In this document: positions 37,375 through 50,054 of the stretch, one piece after another
Layout: each line of letters starts with the position of its first letter
How positions within the stretch are numbered: the first letter of the stretch is position 1
Assembly: GCF_037042905.1 (NCBI RefSeq)
Contig: NC_087250.1
Span: 11,968,001 to 12,032,000, forward strand
Source of the DNA: Lytechinus pictus
Lineage: Eukaryota
DNA: 64,000 nt
Direction of reading: 5' to 3'
Position numbers and translations under genes: made by a program
The notes under the pieces: model-generated
Database searches by the model: none
What the model was told of the DNA's origin: nothing
What the model saw: the letters and a program-made list of their open reading frames with translations, nothing else

Positions 37375-40300
37375 GTAAGTGAAAAAATACAAATCAATTT
37401 AAAGTTTAATACAATTCTCGTGAGATTATAAATAGTTCCGAAGGTGATTTAAAATATTGATTATAACGTGCTTCAATGTTACTTTAACGTTGAAGGGTTT
37501 CTAGAAGGGGTGCACCCGACTGTAAAATATATGATTTCAAACAGATGTAGTAAAATCAAACAAACAAATAAACTTAAGTGTCATCAATATTGGACAAGGA
37601 ATTACAAAGTTATCATAATTTTAAAGCTTTGCGTTATGTCGGTGAATAAGTTCTCTGTGTGCATGCCTTTTTATTTTTTGTCATCCTAAAACGATGTAGC
37701 TTTGTTAAAGGGATAGTCCAGGCTGGTAATATTTATATCTCAATAAATAGAGTAAAATTCACACAGCAAAATGCTGAAACTTTCTCATCAAAATCGGATC
37801 GCAGATAACGAAGTTATTGAATTTTAAATGTTTGCATTATTCAGGTGAAACAGTTATAGGCATGTCTTAATGAGTATTCATTAGGTGGGCTGATGATGTC
37901 ATATCCCCACTTGTTCTTTTGTATTTTATTATATGAAATCAACGTTTATTCAAAAATTTTCTACAAAGAACTAAAACAATTGGATTGACAACTGATTAAG
38001 TGTTAGTAATTGCCACAACTTATTTCATCATAATGGAGACATATCATTTACGCATGTATGAAAAAAATGAAACATTTATGATTTCATGTAATAACATAAC
38101 AAAAGGGAAAGTGGGGATGTGACATCAACTGCCCACATAATGCATATAATGAATATTCATCATGTTCATGACGATGTGCATATGACTGTTTTCACAAAAT
38201 ATTGATAAATTTTAAAATTCAATAACTTCGTTATTTGTTATCGGATTTTGATGAAATTTTCAACATTTTGCTTTGTGAAGTTTACTCTATTTATCAGGAT
38301 ATTAATATTTTCAGCCCAGACCATCCCTTTAAGAAAATATTTATACTCAAGAAATGGATAAGGCTACTGGTCGATCAAATCAAAGTCTAATTCAAAGGTT
38401 GTTGGACAAGATGAAACATAATTATGCCTTTCAACATGCGTGATTTGATTTGAACAGAAAAAGCAAATTCCGACAAAAAATTAAAGATTTCATACACTGC
38501 AAACACTCCGGTGTTGATTTAACACCAGCCCAGAATCTATATTATGTCCACACAAGAGAAGTGTTAAACAACGCCAGTTTCGTTTTGGTCTAACACCAGA
38601 AAGGTGTTTATACAACACCACTTAGTATTAATACAGCATCGGTTTAATTCCAAGCTGGTGTTGTTTCAATACTTCCCTGGTGTGGACATATATAGATTCC
38701 GGGCTGGTGTTAAATCAACACCGGAGTTTTTGCAGTGTAGAAGTCTGACACGAAATGACAAAGTTATGCAGACATTATAAAGGTTTGCATTATCGGCAAA
38801 CCAGTTCGTTGCATTTTTTTTTATTAATTGCTTAAGTCAACCTAAAATAATAAAGTTTATTGTGGAAATATAACTATCAGGGATGGATTTAGCTTCTTCT
38901 TTTTTCAAGGGGGGGGGGTTGACCACGGCCATGGGAACAATTTTTGTTGAAGGGGTGCTAGTGCACATTTGGTGCTAGTGCATTTTTGGTCCCGAAAAAA
39001 ATGTGAAAAGCACACTAAAGTACAGTAAAGAGGAAAGTGCAGCCGGGGGTTAACACCCTAGCCCCTCCCCCCCCCCCCCCCGGTAGATCCGCCACTGACT
39101 ATGAAGTGGTTAAAGTTCAATCAACTAAAGTTAAGTTTAATGGTTGTTTAATAATAAGATGAAACATATGTCTTGGTCTCCATTCACCGGTGTGTTGGCT
39201 CAGTTGGTATAGAGCGTCCGTCTTAAAGCCGGGAGGTCGGGAGTTCAAACCTCGGCCGCGTCAGACCAAAAGACGTTAAAAGATGCGAGAGGCTGCCGCC
39301 CTGTTTAATATGAGGTCAACAAAAAAAGGGATGGAGCTACGTTGATCTGGCATTGCACATGCACACTCAGTGGCTATTGGGCAAAAATAATTTTCGGAGT
39401 ATCTAGCTCTATTTCTGATTTCATTTCGAGCAATGAAATAAGGATCTTCATTTTTTATGTTTCTTTTTTTTTCATTTCGAAGCTCCCCTGTACGCACTGG
39501 ATTGCTACTCGTGTGGTTACGTCACCGGAGTCGGTGGAGCTGACTGTCTAGATACCTTTGATACTTCTACGGTGAACTCCAGCAGTGATGTTTCAACGGC
39601 TACTTGCACAGGACAATGCTCGGTATGTTTTTTTTTTTTTTTTCCTCCCTTCCTTCCTCCCTCCCTCCCTCCCTCATAGTTGCCTATGAGACACGATTTT
39701 ATAAAATGCGACATCAGACAAATTTTCAAGCATCCTCGGTCGAAATCCATCGTTGAGGGCACCAGTATAATCTGAGACTGCCTAATATAGTATATTGTTA
39801 CTATGGCAACACAATTTCCGACACATGCAATAATATGTCCAGCACATCTTTACCTCAAAGTCAAGCATCGACGCTCGTGCTGTAGCTGGGATCCTCAGAA
39901 ACATGTGTATATAAGGTCACTTCCCAATCTCAGTACAGGCCTTCGCATAAAAGAATAGGATTTCTGTATGACATCGTAAGATCTATGCATGGAGGTCAAC
40001 AAGCCCACCGAGCTAGGGATCGGTCGCACGCCTCCTGTAAAATATCCGCTCTGCTTTCTGTACTGTATAGCAAACAATTACCTATCAGGAAAAGATATAA
40101 TGCGATGCTCTTATATCTTCATTTTATTTTATTTATTTTTTTCATTTTCAGTTCTATCTAATCAGGGTGGCCTCATCAGTTAACAAACTGCTGTCCTTGA
40201 AGGCCCTGATACTGTCCTCAAGTCCCTGAGATATAGGCATATCTTGGGCTATTTGATACGAACACATATAGGTGTAGGTGGTAGCATCAACGAAGCCCTC

Positions 40301-40600
40301 AAACTCGTAAAATACATCAAATAAAATACGACGTCCACTGTCAGTACAATCCTGATATTTTTAAATGTTCTCTATCTCATTTTTCATCTGCAGAAAACCA
40401 GCGTAACTGTCAGCAGCGAAGTGACCGCCCTGGCCAGAGCATGTGTAGCTAGCTGTACCGCTGGGTGTGTCTCGCTCTTTGGGATCAGGACGTGCACAAA
40501 CTGCTGCAGTACAGATAATTGCAACAGCGCCACCAACGTTCAAATGAGCATCATTGCCATGATGGTTGCTCTTCTCCTCGCCCTTGGAATTTCACGATGA
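37332..40600 (+). CDS. GPI-anchored Ly6/uPAR (three-finger) domain protein, 3 coding exons, 129 aa
   Basis: Exons 37332-37374, 39483-39622 and 40394-40600 join in frame: MNTLLTLFILAACVAPLYA-LDCYSC...CCSTDNCN-SATNVQMSIIAMMVALLLALGISR. Signal peptide, LxCxxC start, CCxxxxCN end, hydrophobic GPI-type tail. Missed by the ORF track. Confidence 0.92.
37709..38328. mobile_element. Kolobok-type MITE
   Basis: TTAA|AGGGATAGTCCAGGCTG ... CAGCCCAGACCATCCCT|TTAA; long imperfect palindrome. Confidence 0.82.
38495..38737. mobile_element. CACTGC MITE family copy in the Ly6 gene intron
   Basis: TA TSD, full termini. Confidence 0.88.
39186..39345 (+). mobile_element. tRNA-derived SINE, 5' part
   Basis: TGGCTCAGTTGG A box and GAGTTCAAACC B box followed by a non-tRNA body. 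Confidence 0.75.
39483..39622 (+). CDS. Ly6/uPAR gene, exon 2
   Basis: PLYALDCYSCGYVTGVGGADCLDTF...TCTGQCS; poly-T acceptor, gtatgt donor. Confidence 0.9.
40394..40600 (+). CDS. Ly6/uPAR gene, terminal exon
   Basis: KTSVTV...RACVASCTAGC...CTNCCSTDNCN plus hydrophobic tail and TGA; ctgcag acceptor. Confidence 0.92.
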   Translation, partial: KTSVTVSSEVTALARACVASCTAGCVSLFGIRTCTNCCSTDNCNSATNVQMSIIAMMVALLLALGISR

Positions 40601-41118
40601 GAGGACGACATCCGATTTCGTATTGTGGGAGGGGGGGGGTTGTATTTTGGTAACATAAAAGTTGAAATGCACAATGGCAGTCCAAGCTCTTCGGTACTTC
40701 AAGTAGGCCTAAATCTTTCTCCGTGTTATGCCCGGATTGGGGGATCCCTGGTATTTAGAGCTGAAGTCGGAGCTTTAAGATGGACACCTCCCTTATTACA
40801 AAGTTTGATCACTGCAATGTCAGGCAAGCACAGAAAAAAATAGCGCCACAATGTGCTCAAATGCAACCACTCTTGGTCAAACTCTGTAGGTGGGTGCTTT
40901 TTCTGAATCAATGGAAGAAGATCGACGGCAAATAATTTAGGTAAACTTTACTTTAGATTTGAGGTCTAGAAAACCACTTTTGTGGGCATCATGTTTCTTG
41001 ATGCGAAATATTCGAGTCGTGTATACAATTTTTAGTGGACAATGTATTTTCATAGGAAAATGAGTTTTATATTCATTGTAAATATTCATCGTTTTTTATC
41101 ATGTGGTTTATCGAAATT

Positions 41119-41140
41119 AATAAAAAATAAAATCAATAAA
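41119..41140 (+). terminator. Candidate polyadenylation signals of the Ly6/uPAR gene
   Basis: Cluster of AATAAA hexamers about 520 nt after the stop codon. Confidence 0.45.
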
Positions 41141-41242
41141 AACTGACAAAATTTGTACTCTAATTGCAATCTTTTGAAGACAGAAAAATAATGAATAAAG
41201 ATGCGCACTTTGTGCAGGCAATGTTGTTTTAGGTGGTGGTGC

Positions 41243-41441
41243 TAATGATGATGGTGATGATGATGATAATGATAATGATAATGATAATGATAATGATCAT
41301 GCTTATGGTGATGATAATGATGACGATGATCATGGTGATGATCATGATGTAGTGATGATCATGGTGATGACGATGGTAATGATGATGGTGATGATGATGG
41401 TGATGATGATGGTAATGATGATGATGACGATGATGATGGTA

Positions 41442-41506
<65 letters not shown>

Positions 41507-41663
41507 GATGATGATGGTGATGATGATGGTGATGATGATGATGATGGTAATGATGATGATGGTAATGATGATGGTGATGATGATGATGGTGATGATGATG
41601 ATGGTAATGATGATGATGATGATGATGACGATGATGATGGTAATGATGAAGATGAAGATGATG

Positions 41664-41695
<32 letters not shown>

Positions 41696-41705
41696 GGTAA
41701 TGATG

Positions 41706-41755
<50 letters not shown>

Positions 41756-41921
41756 GATGATGGTAATGATGATGATGATGATGATGATGATCATGGTGAT
41801 GATCATGGTGATGATGATGGTGATGATGATAGTGATGATGATGAAGATGATGATGATGATGGTGATGATGACGATGATGATGGTAATGATGATGATGAAG
41901 ATGATGATGATGATGGTGATG

Positions 41922-41952
<31 letters not shown>

Positions 41953-42069
41953 AGATGATGATGATGATGATGATAGTGATGATGATGATGGTGATGATGA
42001 TGATGATGATGATGATGGTGATGATGATAGTGATGATGATGAAGATGATGATGATGAAGATGATGATGG

Positions 42070-42103
<34 letters not shown>

Positions 42104-42430
42104 GATGATGATGATGATGATGATGATAGTGATGATGATGGTGATGATGATGATGATCAGCATGATCATGATGATGGTGATGATGATGGTGATGATGATG
42201 ACGATGATGATGATGATGATAATAGTGATGACAACCTTTTCTTCTTTTTGTCCATAAAATTGCTTATAGGTTTTCCAAAAAGCGAACGCGAAGTGATATT
42301 GGTGCAGTCGGCATAGTCGGTGATAGCGATGGTTATGATGATGATGATGATGATGATGATACTCATGATTATGATGATGATGACAATGATGATGGTGGTG
42401 GTGGTGGTGATGATGATGATCATGGTGATG
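41243..42430. repeat. About 1.2-kb imperfect (GAT)n microsatellite
   Basis: Direct reading; source of the spurious poly-M and poly-I ORFs. Confidence 0.97.
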
Positions 42431-43918
42431 ACAATAAAGAGCGCCATAGTCATATATTTTGATATTCCAATAACTGCAGTAATATTATATTGAATGAGTA
42501 GTTAAAAAATGATAATTCAATCGTCTTATTCATACATTTTCTATGTTTTGGATATGGATAAGCGCCTATTCTTATGAAATTAATGTTATCATGCATGGTA
42601 ACTGCAAATTAATCATCAGACCTAAATTATGAATATCGCCACAGGAAGATTTGCACCCTTTAATTCGCGGAAAAAGTAGATCAAACTTTAAAAAAGTGAA
42701 CATAATCCTCAAATCAAGACGAGTATCGCACTGATAATGATAAATGTGCAATTTATAGATGTAATATTATGCGCTGTTTGTTTTGTTTTTATCAAAAAAG
42801 CGCATCCGGTAAATCTACATTGTTATCTTTCAGATAACATAAAATAATGTATCTTACATCTTATTTCATTTTTTTTTCGCTAAATGTGACATGGCATCAA
42901 TAGTTATGTGTTCATTCGATTAACGCGTTTTTTTAATGGACGAATTTGAGATGTGGAACACAAACATTGATAGTTTTCACAAACTGTTATTTTGGGTAAA
43001 TCACGACTTTCTGTTTCATAATGCCATATAATATGTGTGTAATATTCCAATTTGAAGTGTATATTTATCAGACTTATATTTTGAAACTCCCGCCCGCGAA
43101 ATTATTTTTCCCACCGAGTTCTGGACCAACATATGAATATTCATTACTTGCGTCTTCGGATTGAGAGTACGCATGCGCGTGGACTTGGTCTCGACCACTG
43201 CCAATCGTAAGCATTCACGTTGCTCAGAATGATTTAGCATCGTCAAATTACCGGTACCCTTACATAGTTACATAGGTTTTATAGGCTTAGATCTATATAT
43301 ATATATATATCAAATTCTTAAACACTTAATAAACTAGCTGCCATTAATGGCAAGACATGTGCTTGGGTAGGGCTAGCGCAGGCTAGCGCATTAACTTTAC
43401 CTCAAATCTGGACCTGTCTAATGCCTAATACTAATAGGAATAGCCGACTAATGCCATGGTTAACTTCGAACTTGTTAATTCCGAACTTTACGTTTGATTA
43501 GGTTTGGACCAATATTAGCTTATTTACCATGGTTTAATATGTCTTGTCCGTATACAGAACCAGTCCTAGATCTAAAAAAAATATCTTAGTTCCAGTTTAG
43601 TCTCTAGATCTAGACTCTGATCTACGCGCTATCAGCATGGAACCACTAGTGTACCAAAGGGGGGGGCAGACTGCCCCCCTGACGAGTCACAACTGATCTA
43701 GGGGACGTGCCCCCCCCCCCCCCTTGAGAAGCCAAATTAATAATTTGTAATGTCAAAATGCAACGAAAAAAGACGTTTGTCCCCTCTCTTGAACGTGAAG
43801 TTTTTTTTTTTTCTTGTCAAATTTTTTTCAGCTACGAAATCCTTAATTTTGGGTGAAGACGGGGATCAAGATCACTGACGTTAATTTGTGCCTGACGTTA
43901 GAATACGTTCCATGCACG

Positions 43919-44235
43919 CACTGGTGTACCTAGGATTTTCCAAAAGGGGGGCAAATTTTTTAGAGGAAATTTCGTCCGCGAAAAAATGTGACAAGCCCCC
44001 CCCCCCCCAAAAAAAAAAGGGTCTTCACCCCAAATTATGGATTTCTTAGCTGAAAAAAAATTGACAAGCAAAAAAAAAAAAGATCTTCACGTTCAAAAAA
44101 GGGGACATACGTTTTTTTCATTGCATTTTTACATTACAAATTATTAATTTGGCTTCTCAAAGGGGGCACGTCCCCTGAATCAGTTGTGACTCGTCAGAGG
44201 GACAGTCTTCCCCCCCCCCCCTTGGTACACTAGTG
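43919..44235. mobile_element. MITE (CACTGGTGTACC..GGTACACTAGTG) at the centre of the foldback element
   Basis: Both termini present; GTTCCATG on both flanks (left copy offset by 4 nt); truncated mirror copy at 43644-43860. Confidence 0.7.
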
Positions 44236-44443
44236 GTTCCATGTTGATACAGCGTAGATCAGAGTCTAGATATAGAGACTAGACTAGAACTAAGATAAAT
44301 TTTTTTTTAGATCTAGGACCGGTTTTGTATACGGACTAGACATATTAAACCATGGCAAATAAGCTAATATTTGTCTAAACCTAATTAAACGTGAAGTTCG
44401 GAATTAACCAGTTCGAAATTAACCATGGCATTAGTCGGCTATT

Positions 44444-46999
44444 CAGTGTTGTAGTCAAGGCTCAAACCTCCAAGGCCAAGGCTTTAATACCCAAGGCCAA
44501 GGCTTCAATACCAAAGGCCAAGGCCAAGGCATGGAAACCCAAGGCCAAGGCCTGAAAACCTCAAGGCCAAGGCATTTCAAACTTACGATATACAGAACAA
44601 TGAACTAACAATACTTAGGCGGCAGACATCACACATGGTAAAATGTATGCGAGCGAGAAAAAAAATTAACCTTTGTACATTTAAAACAAAAATAATTTCA
44701 TGATAGAGACATATTAAAATAATGATATAGTTACCTGTGTACACATAATCCATAATTTTTCTATAGGCGATTTACATTGCAATAATTATTATTACCACGG
44801 TCATCTGATCCTGGCATTCTCAACGTATGTTTCTCTCCACTCCATGGGACAGGGGCAACAGAAAATTATTATGGGGGGGGGGTCAACGCCAAAAAGGCAC
44901 CCATTTATCAAAATGAGTTTTTTTTTGTGCAAACAGATACATGTATTTTCAAAATCAGATTATGAACTGCGTGAAGTAATTGTGTGTTTTATAGAAATTA
45001 AGTTGAGCAAAGGCTTTCTAAAGTGATTTTTAATTATAAGATAGATATTTTGCTTTAGGTTTTACTTCTCAGCGAGAAAGCATAGCGAGCAAGCGGTTTT
45101 GAAAAAAAAAATCAATTCTGATGTTGTAAAACTTGATTTATGGTCAATTATGGGGCTAATCATTATTGAAATTTCCTTGCGCGATGTTGCCAGCGCGAAT
45201 CACCAGCTCAAACTTCTTGACATGTCGTGTAATAAGACATGGAAATTATTTTATTCTGAGCTGGTTTTGTAATCATGAAAAAGATGTGTATCTAACTAAA
45301 AAATAACTTTGCGCTCGCTAATTCTTTTTATATACTGACCAGTAAAGGAAGCAGTTAATTACTGCATTTTAAATAAGATACATAACTCACCAATAAAAAA
45401 TAATGCGAGCGCAAAGCGCGAGCTCAAAAATTTGTGATATTCCAACCTGAAAACTGGACATTCTAAGCATTTTTTTGTGAACGAGAAGAGAACGAGTACA
45501 ATAATTGATGCGAGTGCAGGAAGCGAGCCAAATATTTGTGATGTTTCAACCATAATGCAACATTCTATACATTTTTGTAACCATTAGCAGTACTGTACTA
45601 AACAATAATTGATGCAAGCACGATTCAAAATCTGTGATTTTCGAACCTAAAATGTATTATGTTTTATTATTCAAGAAGGTATTTCTTTTTTAAAAAGGGC
45701 ATATTTCATTTGGAAAAAAAATCTTACAGGGATTTTTTTTTTTTTTTTTTTGGGGGGGGGGGGGGGGGGCAAGAGAGCACAAAGCGCAAGCTAAAATTTT
45801 CAAATGCATGCTTAAACTGAAAATGAGTCATTTTTAGGACTCTTGTCAGTTTTCATATTTTTTTCTGCTTACAACCACTTTTATCAAACAGTTAATTAAT
45901 CATTAATTATTAATACTTATTGATAATATTGATAATTATTAATTATTAAATTATTTTTTGTTAATTATTATTTCTTGAAACCATATTGACACAAAAACAA
46001 ATACATTGCTTAATTATTTCCTTGAAACTGTAGAGAAATGAGATTCAATGTTGAACGATATATGATTAAAAAGAAGTAAACATTTTTTCCCCTTTGTTTT
46101 GTCAATCTGACCCAAAACAAATATAACATTTAGAAGAGAGATAGAGAGAAGAAGAAGTCCCACCACCAAGAATAATCTTAGACAAGGGGGGGGGGGGAGG
46201 GAAAGGAAAAGATGGAGTAAATGTAATATTATTTTTTAAACAATCTATTGCAAAATTAGCTTTTCTTATAGAAAGAGGGGGACAAATTTTGTTCACTCGC
46301 TCGCTTCAATCGCCCCCTCAAAGTTTCTGGCTCATCATGCCATTGACATAACCCATTTGGATATGAAAAAATTGAAGACTGTGTTCAAGTTTACCAAATC
46401 TTTTCAGAATATCATTAAGACTTAAAACATTCTTGTTGGCCAAAGAAAATAATACAAGGAAAATCCTAATGAAATAGAAATCAACCTTGTTATCGTTCTT
46501 TAGAGTTAGCTATGTTTAAAGTATGAAAATTGTTGTCAAAATTGCAGTCAGCCTGATGTAAAAATTATTCTTGTCATCAAAGCACTATTATCTTGATCAT
46601 GACCATTATTATTTACTGTCATTATCATCATATATGATTACAACACATTACCAATACATAATGCTATTTATTTCATAACTGATGTATTCTTTGTTTGAAT
46701 TTCTTGACAATGGTGACAATTACAATTGATGACACTGCTAGTACACTTACTACTGCTGCTGCTACTGTTACTGGTGATTGGTAGTATTGACCATTATAGT
46801 GTTATTAAATATATATAAAAAAACAATTGAAACATTTATAATTACTTATTTAAAACAAATGAAAGTACAAAATACAAAATGCCTTGAAAATGCCTTAAAA
46901 TTTTAAGGCTCAAAATCCTCAAGGCCAAGGCTTTGAAAAAGTAGCTAGGCATTAAGGCGCCTTAAGGCCAAGGCCGAGCATCAAGGCACTACAACACTG
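44444..46999. mobile_element. hAT-type non-autonomous element nested in the right arm of the foldback element
   Basis: TIR CAGTGTTGTAGT / ACTACAACACTG with (CCAAGG)n subterminal repeats at both ends; absent from the left arm; no 8-bp TSD. Confidence 0.8.
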
Positions 47000-47971
47000 A
47001 TTAGTACTAGGCATTAATTAGACAGGTCCAGATTTGAGGTAAAGTTAATGCGCTAGCCTAAGCTATGAGCTAGCCCTACCCTAGCACATGTCTTGCCATT
47101 AATGGCAGCTAGTTTATTAAGTGTTTAAGAATTTGATATATATATATATATAGATCTAAGCCTATAAGACCTATGTAACTATGTAAGGGTACCGGTAATT
47201 TGACGATGCTAATTCATTCTGAGCAACGTGAATGCTTACGATCGGCAGTGGTCGAGACAAAGTCCACGCGCATGCGTACTCTCAATCCGAAGACGCAAGT
47301 AATGAATATTCATATGTTGGTCCAGAACTCGGTTGGAAAAATAATTTCGCCTCCCGCCCCCCCCCCCCAAAAAAAAAATAATAATAATAATAATAATAAA
47401 AATGATCGCATATCAGAGGTAATCAAAACTTTACTCAGTATTTCCGCACGACTTTAAGCAAATGCGCACTGGTAAAATATACATTGTCCCCCTTCGGATA
47501 ACATAAAAATGATATCTTCCATCTTACTTGAAAATTATTTTTTTATATTTGTGACATATCGAAGGAATTAAGTTGTGTAAAACAAAACTTCAACAACTAT
47601 TGATAGTTTTCACAAACTTTTATTTTGAGGAAATCGTGGTTTTATCATGATGATTCACTGTGCCAAACAAGGTGTGTATAGATATTCAAATTCTTAAATA
47701 TACATTTATCAGACTTATAATTTGAAACTCCAAATAAAAAAGATCACATATCAAAGGTAATCAAAAAGTTTAACTTATTCCGTCAAAATATGAAAATGCG
47801 TGATTTTTTAAAAATCCTTTCACATTTCACGCAAACTTGCTCTTGGCATCCGGTCGTAAGCAATTCCTGGGCATTTTGCAAGACTCTGAGCTTGGATACC
47901 AAGCACTGACAAAATAATTTTGCCGTCGAATCCTCATCTTGAACCCTTTTTGACGTTTGGCCGGTCTACTA

Positions 47972-48112
47972 ATTGCGCTCAGGCGAGATGAAAATAAATT
48001 AAAAAAAACGGCTTACGTACACTGACTGCAATGGCTTGAGATATTGCGCTCAGGCGAGATGAGAATAAATTTAAAAAAACGGCTTACGTACACTGACTGC
48101 AATGGCTTGAGA
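47972..48112. repeat. Tandem duplication of about 70 bp (2 near-identical copies)
   Basis: ATTGCGCTCAGGCGAGATGA...GCAATGGCTTGAGAT x2. Confidence 0.9.
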
Positions 48113-48414
48113 TTATTTTCATTGAGTCACTACGCGTTGTTTTCATTATCTTAGGTGTGACACGATAGTTTTTCCGGCGACAAATGCTCCGGGCTTTATT
48201 TCGCCAAAGATGAAGGGTTAAGGTTGCAATTTAGCGTTTTATTTAAGATTTCTAGGGTTAGGTTTTGGATAGGGCAAAGTGTTAAATTTAGGGTTGAAGT
48301 TGGCGATTCCATAAGTGTGTGGAATTCACAGCGGAGCAATTGTCGCCGCATCAATAGTAGAGTGTGAAGGAGCGATCACTGCTTAATAAACCCCCATGAC
48401 AGGAATGTTTCCCC

Positions 48415-48680
48415 CATTTATTTATTTTTTATTTAGTTAGTTATTTGTTTATTATTTTATTTATTTACTTACTTATTCATTCATTCATTTATTTATCTAT
48501 TTATTTATTTATCTATTTATCTATTTATTTATTTATTTATTCATTTATTTATTTGGATAAAGTTCCTGTCCCGGCAATATTTTGTTTATTATTTTATTTA
48601 TTTACTTACTTATTCATTCATTTATTTATTTATCTATTTATTCATTTATTCATTTATTTATTCATTTATTTATTTGGATA
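48415..48680. repeat. (TTTA/TTCA)n tract with duplicated GGATAAAGTTCCTGTCCCGGCAA
   Basis: Direct reading. Confidence 0.85.
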
Positions 48681-49285
48681 AAGTTCCTGTCCCGGCAAGT
48701 CTTCATGGTTTAATCTGAAACGGATAATTTATCATTCATTATATCTATTTATCATTTTCCTTGAAATGAAGAAAAGTTTCCCCATTTTTTATTATTATTA
48801 TTATCATTATCATCACCATCAATAAGATAAAGGTCTTGTTATGCTAATAGGGCCTACATTTTCTGCTTACTTTTGTAAATCTAATAATCATTATGTTATA
48901 AATCTAGTCAACTTTTCACGGAATCCCCCCCCCCCCCACTGGAAAAATGCTTCCCCAATTCTTTTATTTTTAATAAAGGTTTTGCCATTGCCAATTATTC
49001 TCTAGTTTTTAATTTTCGTATAGATCGATTATTCAATTTATTCATTAATCTGGTCAGTAATTTCTATTAAAGATATTGTTTAACAATACAATATATTTAA
49101 GAGAGAAAATATTTCTCTCTCACTCTTTTTTTTTTCTCTCTCTCTTTCTTTATCGGTGTCTTTTATTTGTAAAAAAAAGGGGTCCTCGTTGACCTGCCAA
49201 TTCTTTACTGGTTTTCTTTCATAAATCGATTATTCATTACTTCATTGCTATGTTCGTATACTTTCAGTCTCTTCAGTTGTCAAAC

Positions 49286-50039
49286 CATGGACCTATGAAA
49301 AGATGGACGATTAACGCGAGCACTTCTTTGATCCAATGATTGTCACCGTCACCTGGTTATGCGCATCTTAATGAGAACATAATACAGGTGTTGTAACAAT
49401 AGCAATTACCATGACTATAAATACCGAGGGTATATCTGATCACTCAAAGACGGAACAATTTCCCGGTCTTGATTTTTGTTGGCTGATACCGTTTCAGCAT
49501 GTGCCTTTTAGTCAACATGCTTTTTATATTTGGAGCAGCGAACTTGAGAAGCAGACGATTTATATGATATAAAATATGATATTTTTCGATTTGCTAACTA
49601 CCGTCTCACACAGTCATAAGGACCTCAATAACATTGAGAGATACACGATCTATACATGTTATGTGCCATGAATATCTGGAATATTATGGAAAACTTCGGA
49701 AAATTGAATTTTAAATGGTAAACAATTATCACAATATTGCCTCTACATTAAAATATGCAGACATTTCCCCCAAATAAAACACATGGAACAAAGATTACCA
49801 AAGGTAAACAAAAACTGCATATCGATTTTCCATTATTGTATTGATTTGCTATCAACTGCGCATATAATTTGTGAAATATAAATGTCCAATCACGAACTGC
49901 TTCAGTCCCTTCTCACGGTGACGATCATATAGGACCAAAGAAGACTAGTATAGAGAATATTGTTCAGATGACAATTACAGTCACCTGTTAGTGAATTCCT
50001 TATCTAAGCGATGAATGTCCATCTCTTCATAGGTTCATG
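49286..50039 (+). mobile_element. P-element-type MITE (CATG..CATG termini, 7-bp TSD)
   Basis: TIR CATGGACCTATGAAAAGATGGAC / GTCCATCTCTTCATAGGTTCATG; TSD GTCAAAC; a reverse-oriented end of the same family finishes at 481. Confidence 0.8.
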
Positions 50040-50054
50040 GTCAAACGGCTCGGT

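Larger units (their letters stand above)
43096..47350. mobile_element. Mutator(MULE)/foldback-type non-autonomous element with about 765-bp inverted arms
   Basis: Termini GCGAAATTAT / ATAATTTCGC, perfect 9-bp TSD CTCCCGCCC; arm 43096-43860 matches the reverse complement of 44021-44443 plus 47000-47350. Confidence 0.88.

Noticed and set aside
39186..39262. tRNA gene (also at about 32810-32880 and about 56928-57000)
   Set aside because: A and B boxes are present, but the acceptor stems do not pair, there is no poly-T terminator, and each continues into a SINE body
41342..42453. Long poly-Met/poly-Ile ORFs (301 aa, 275 aa)
   Set aside because: Translation of the (GAT)n microsatellite; no splice or domain support
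43016..47457. Twin ORFs MTML.HSEQRECLR.. on opposite strands
   Set aside because: They mirror each other only because they lie in the two arms of the foldback element; non-ATG starts and no domain
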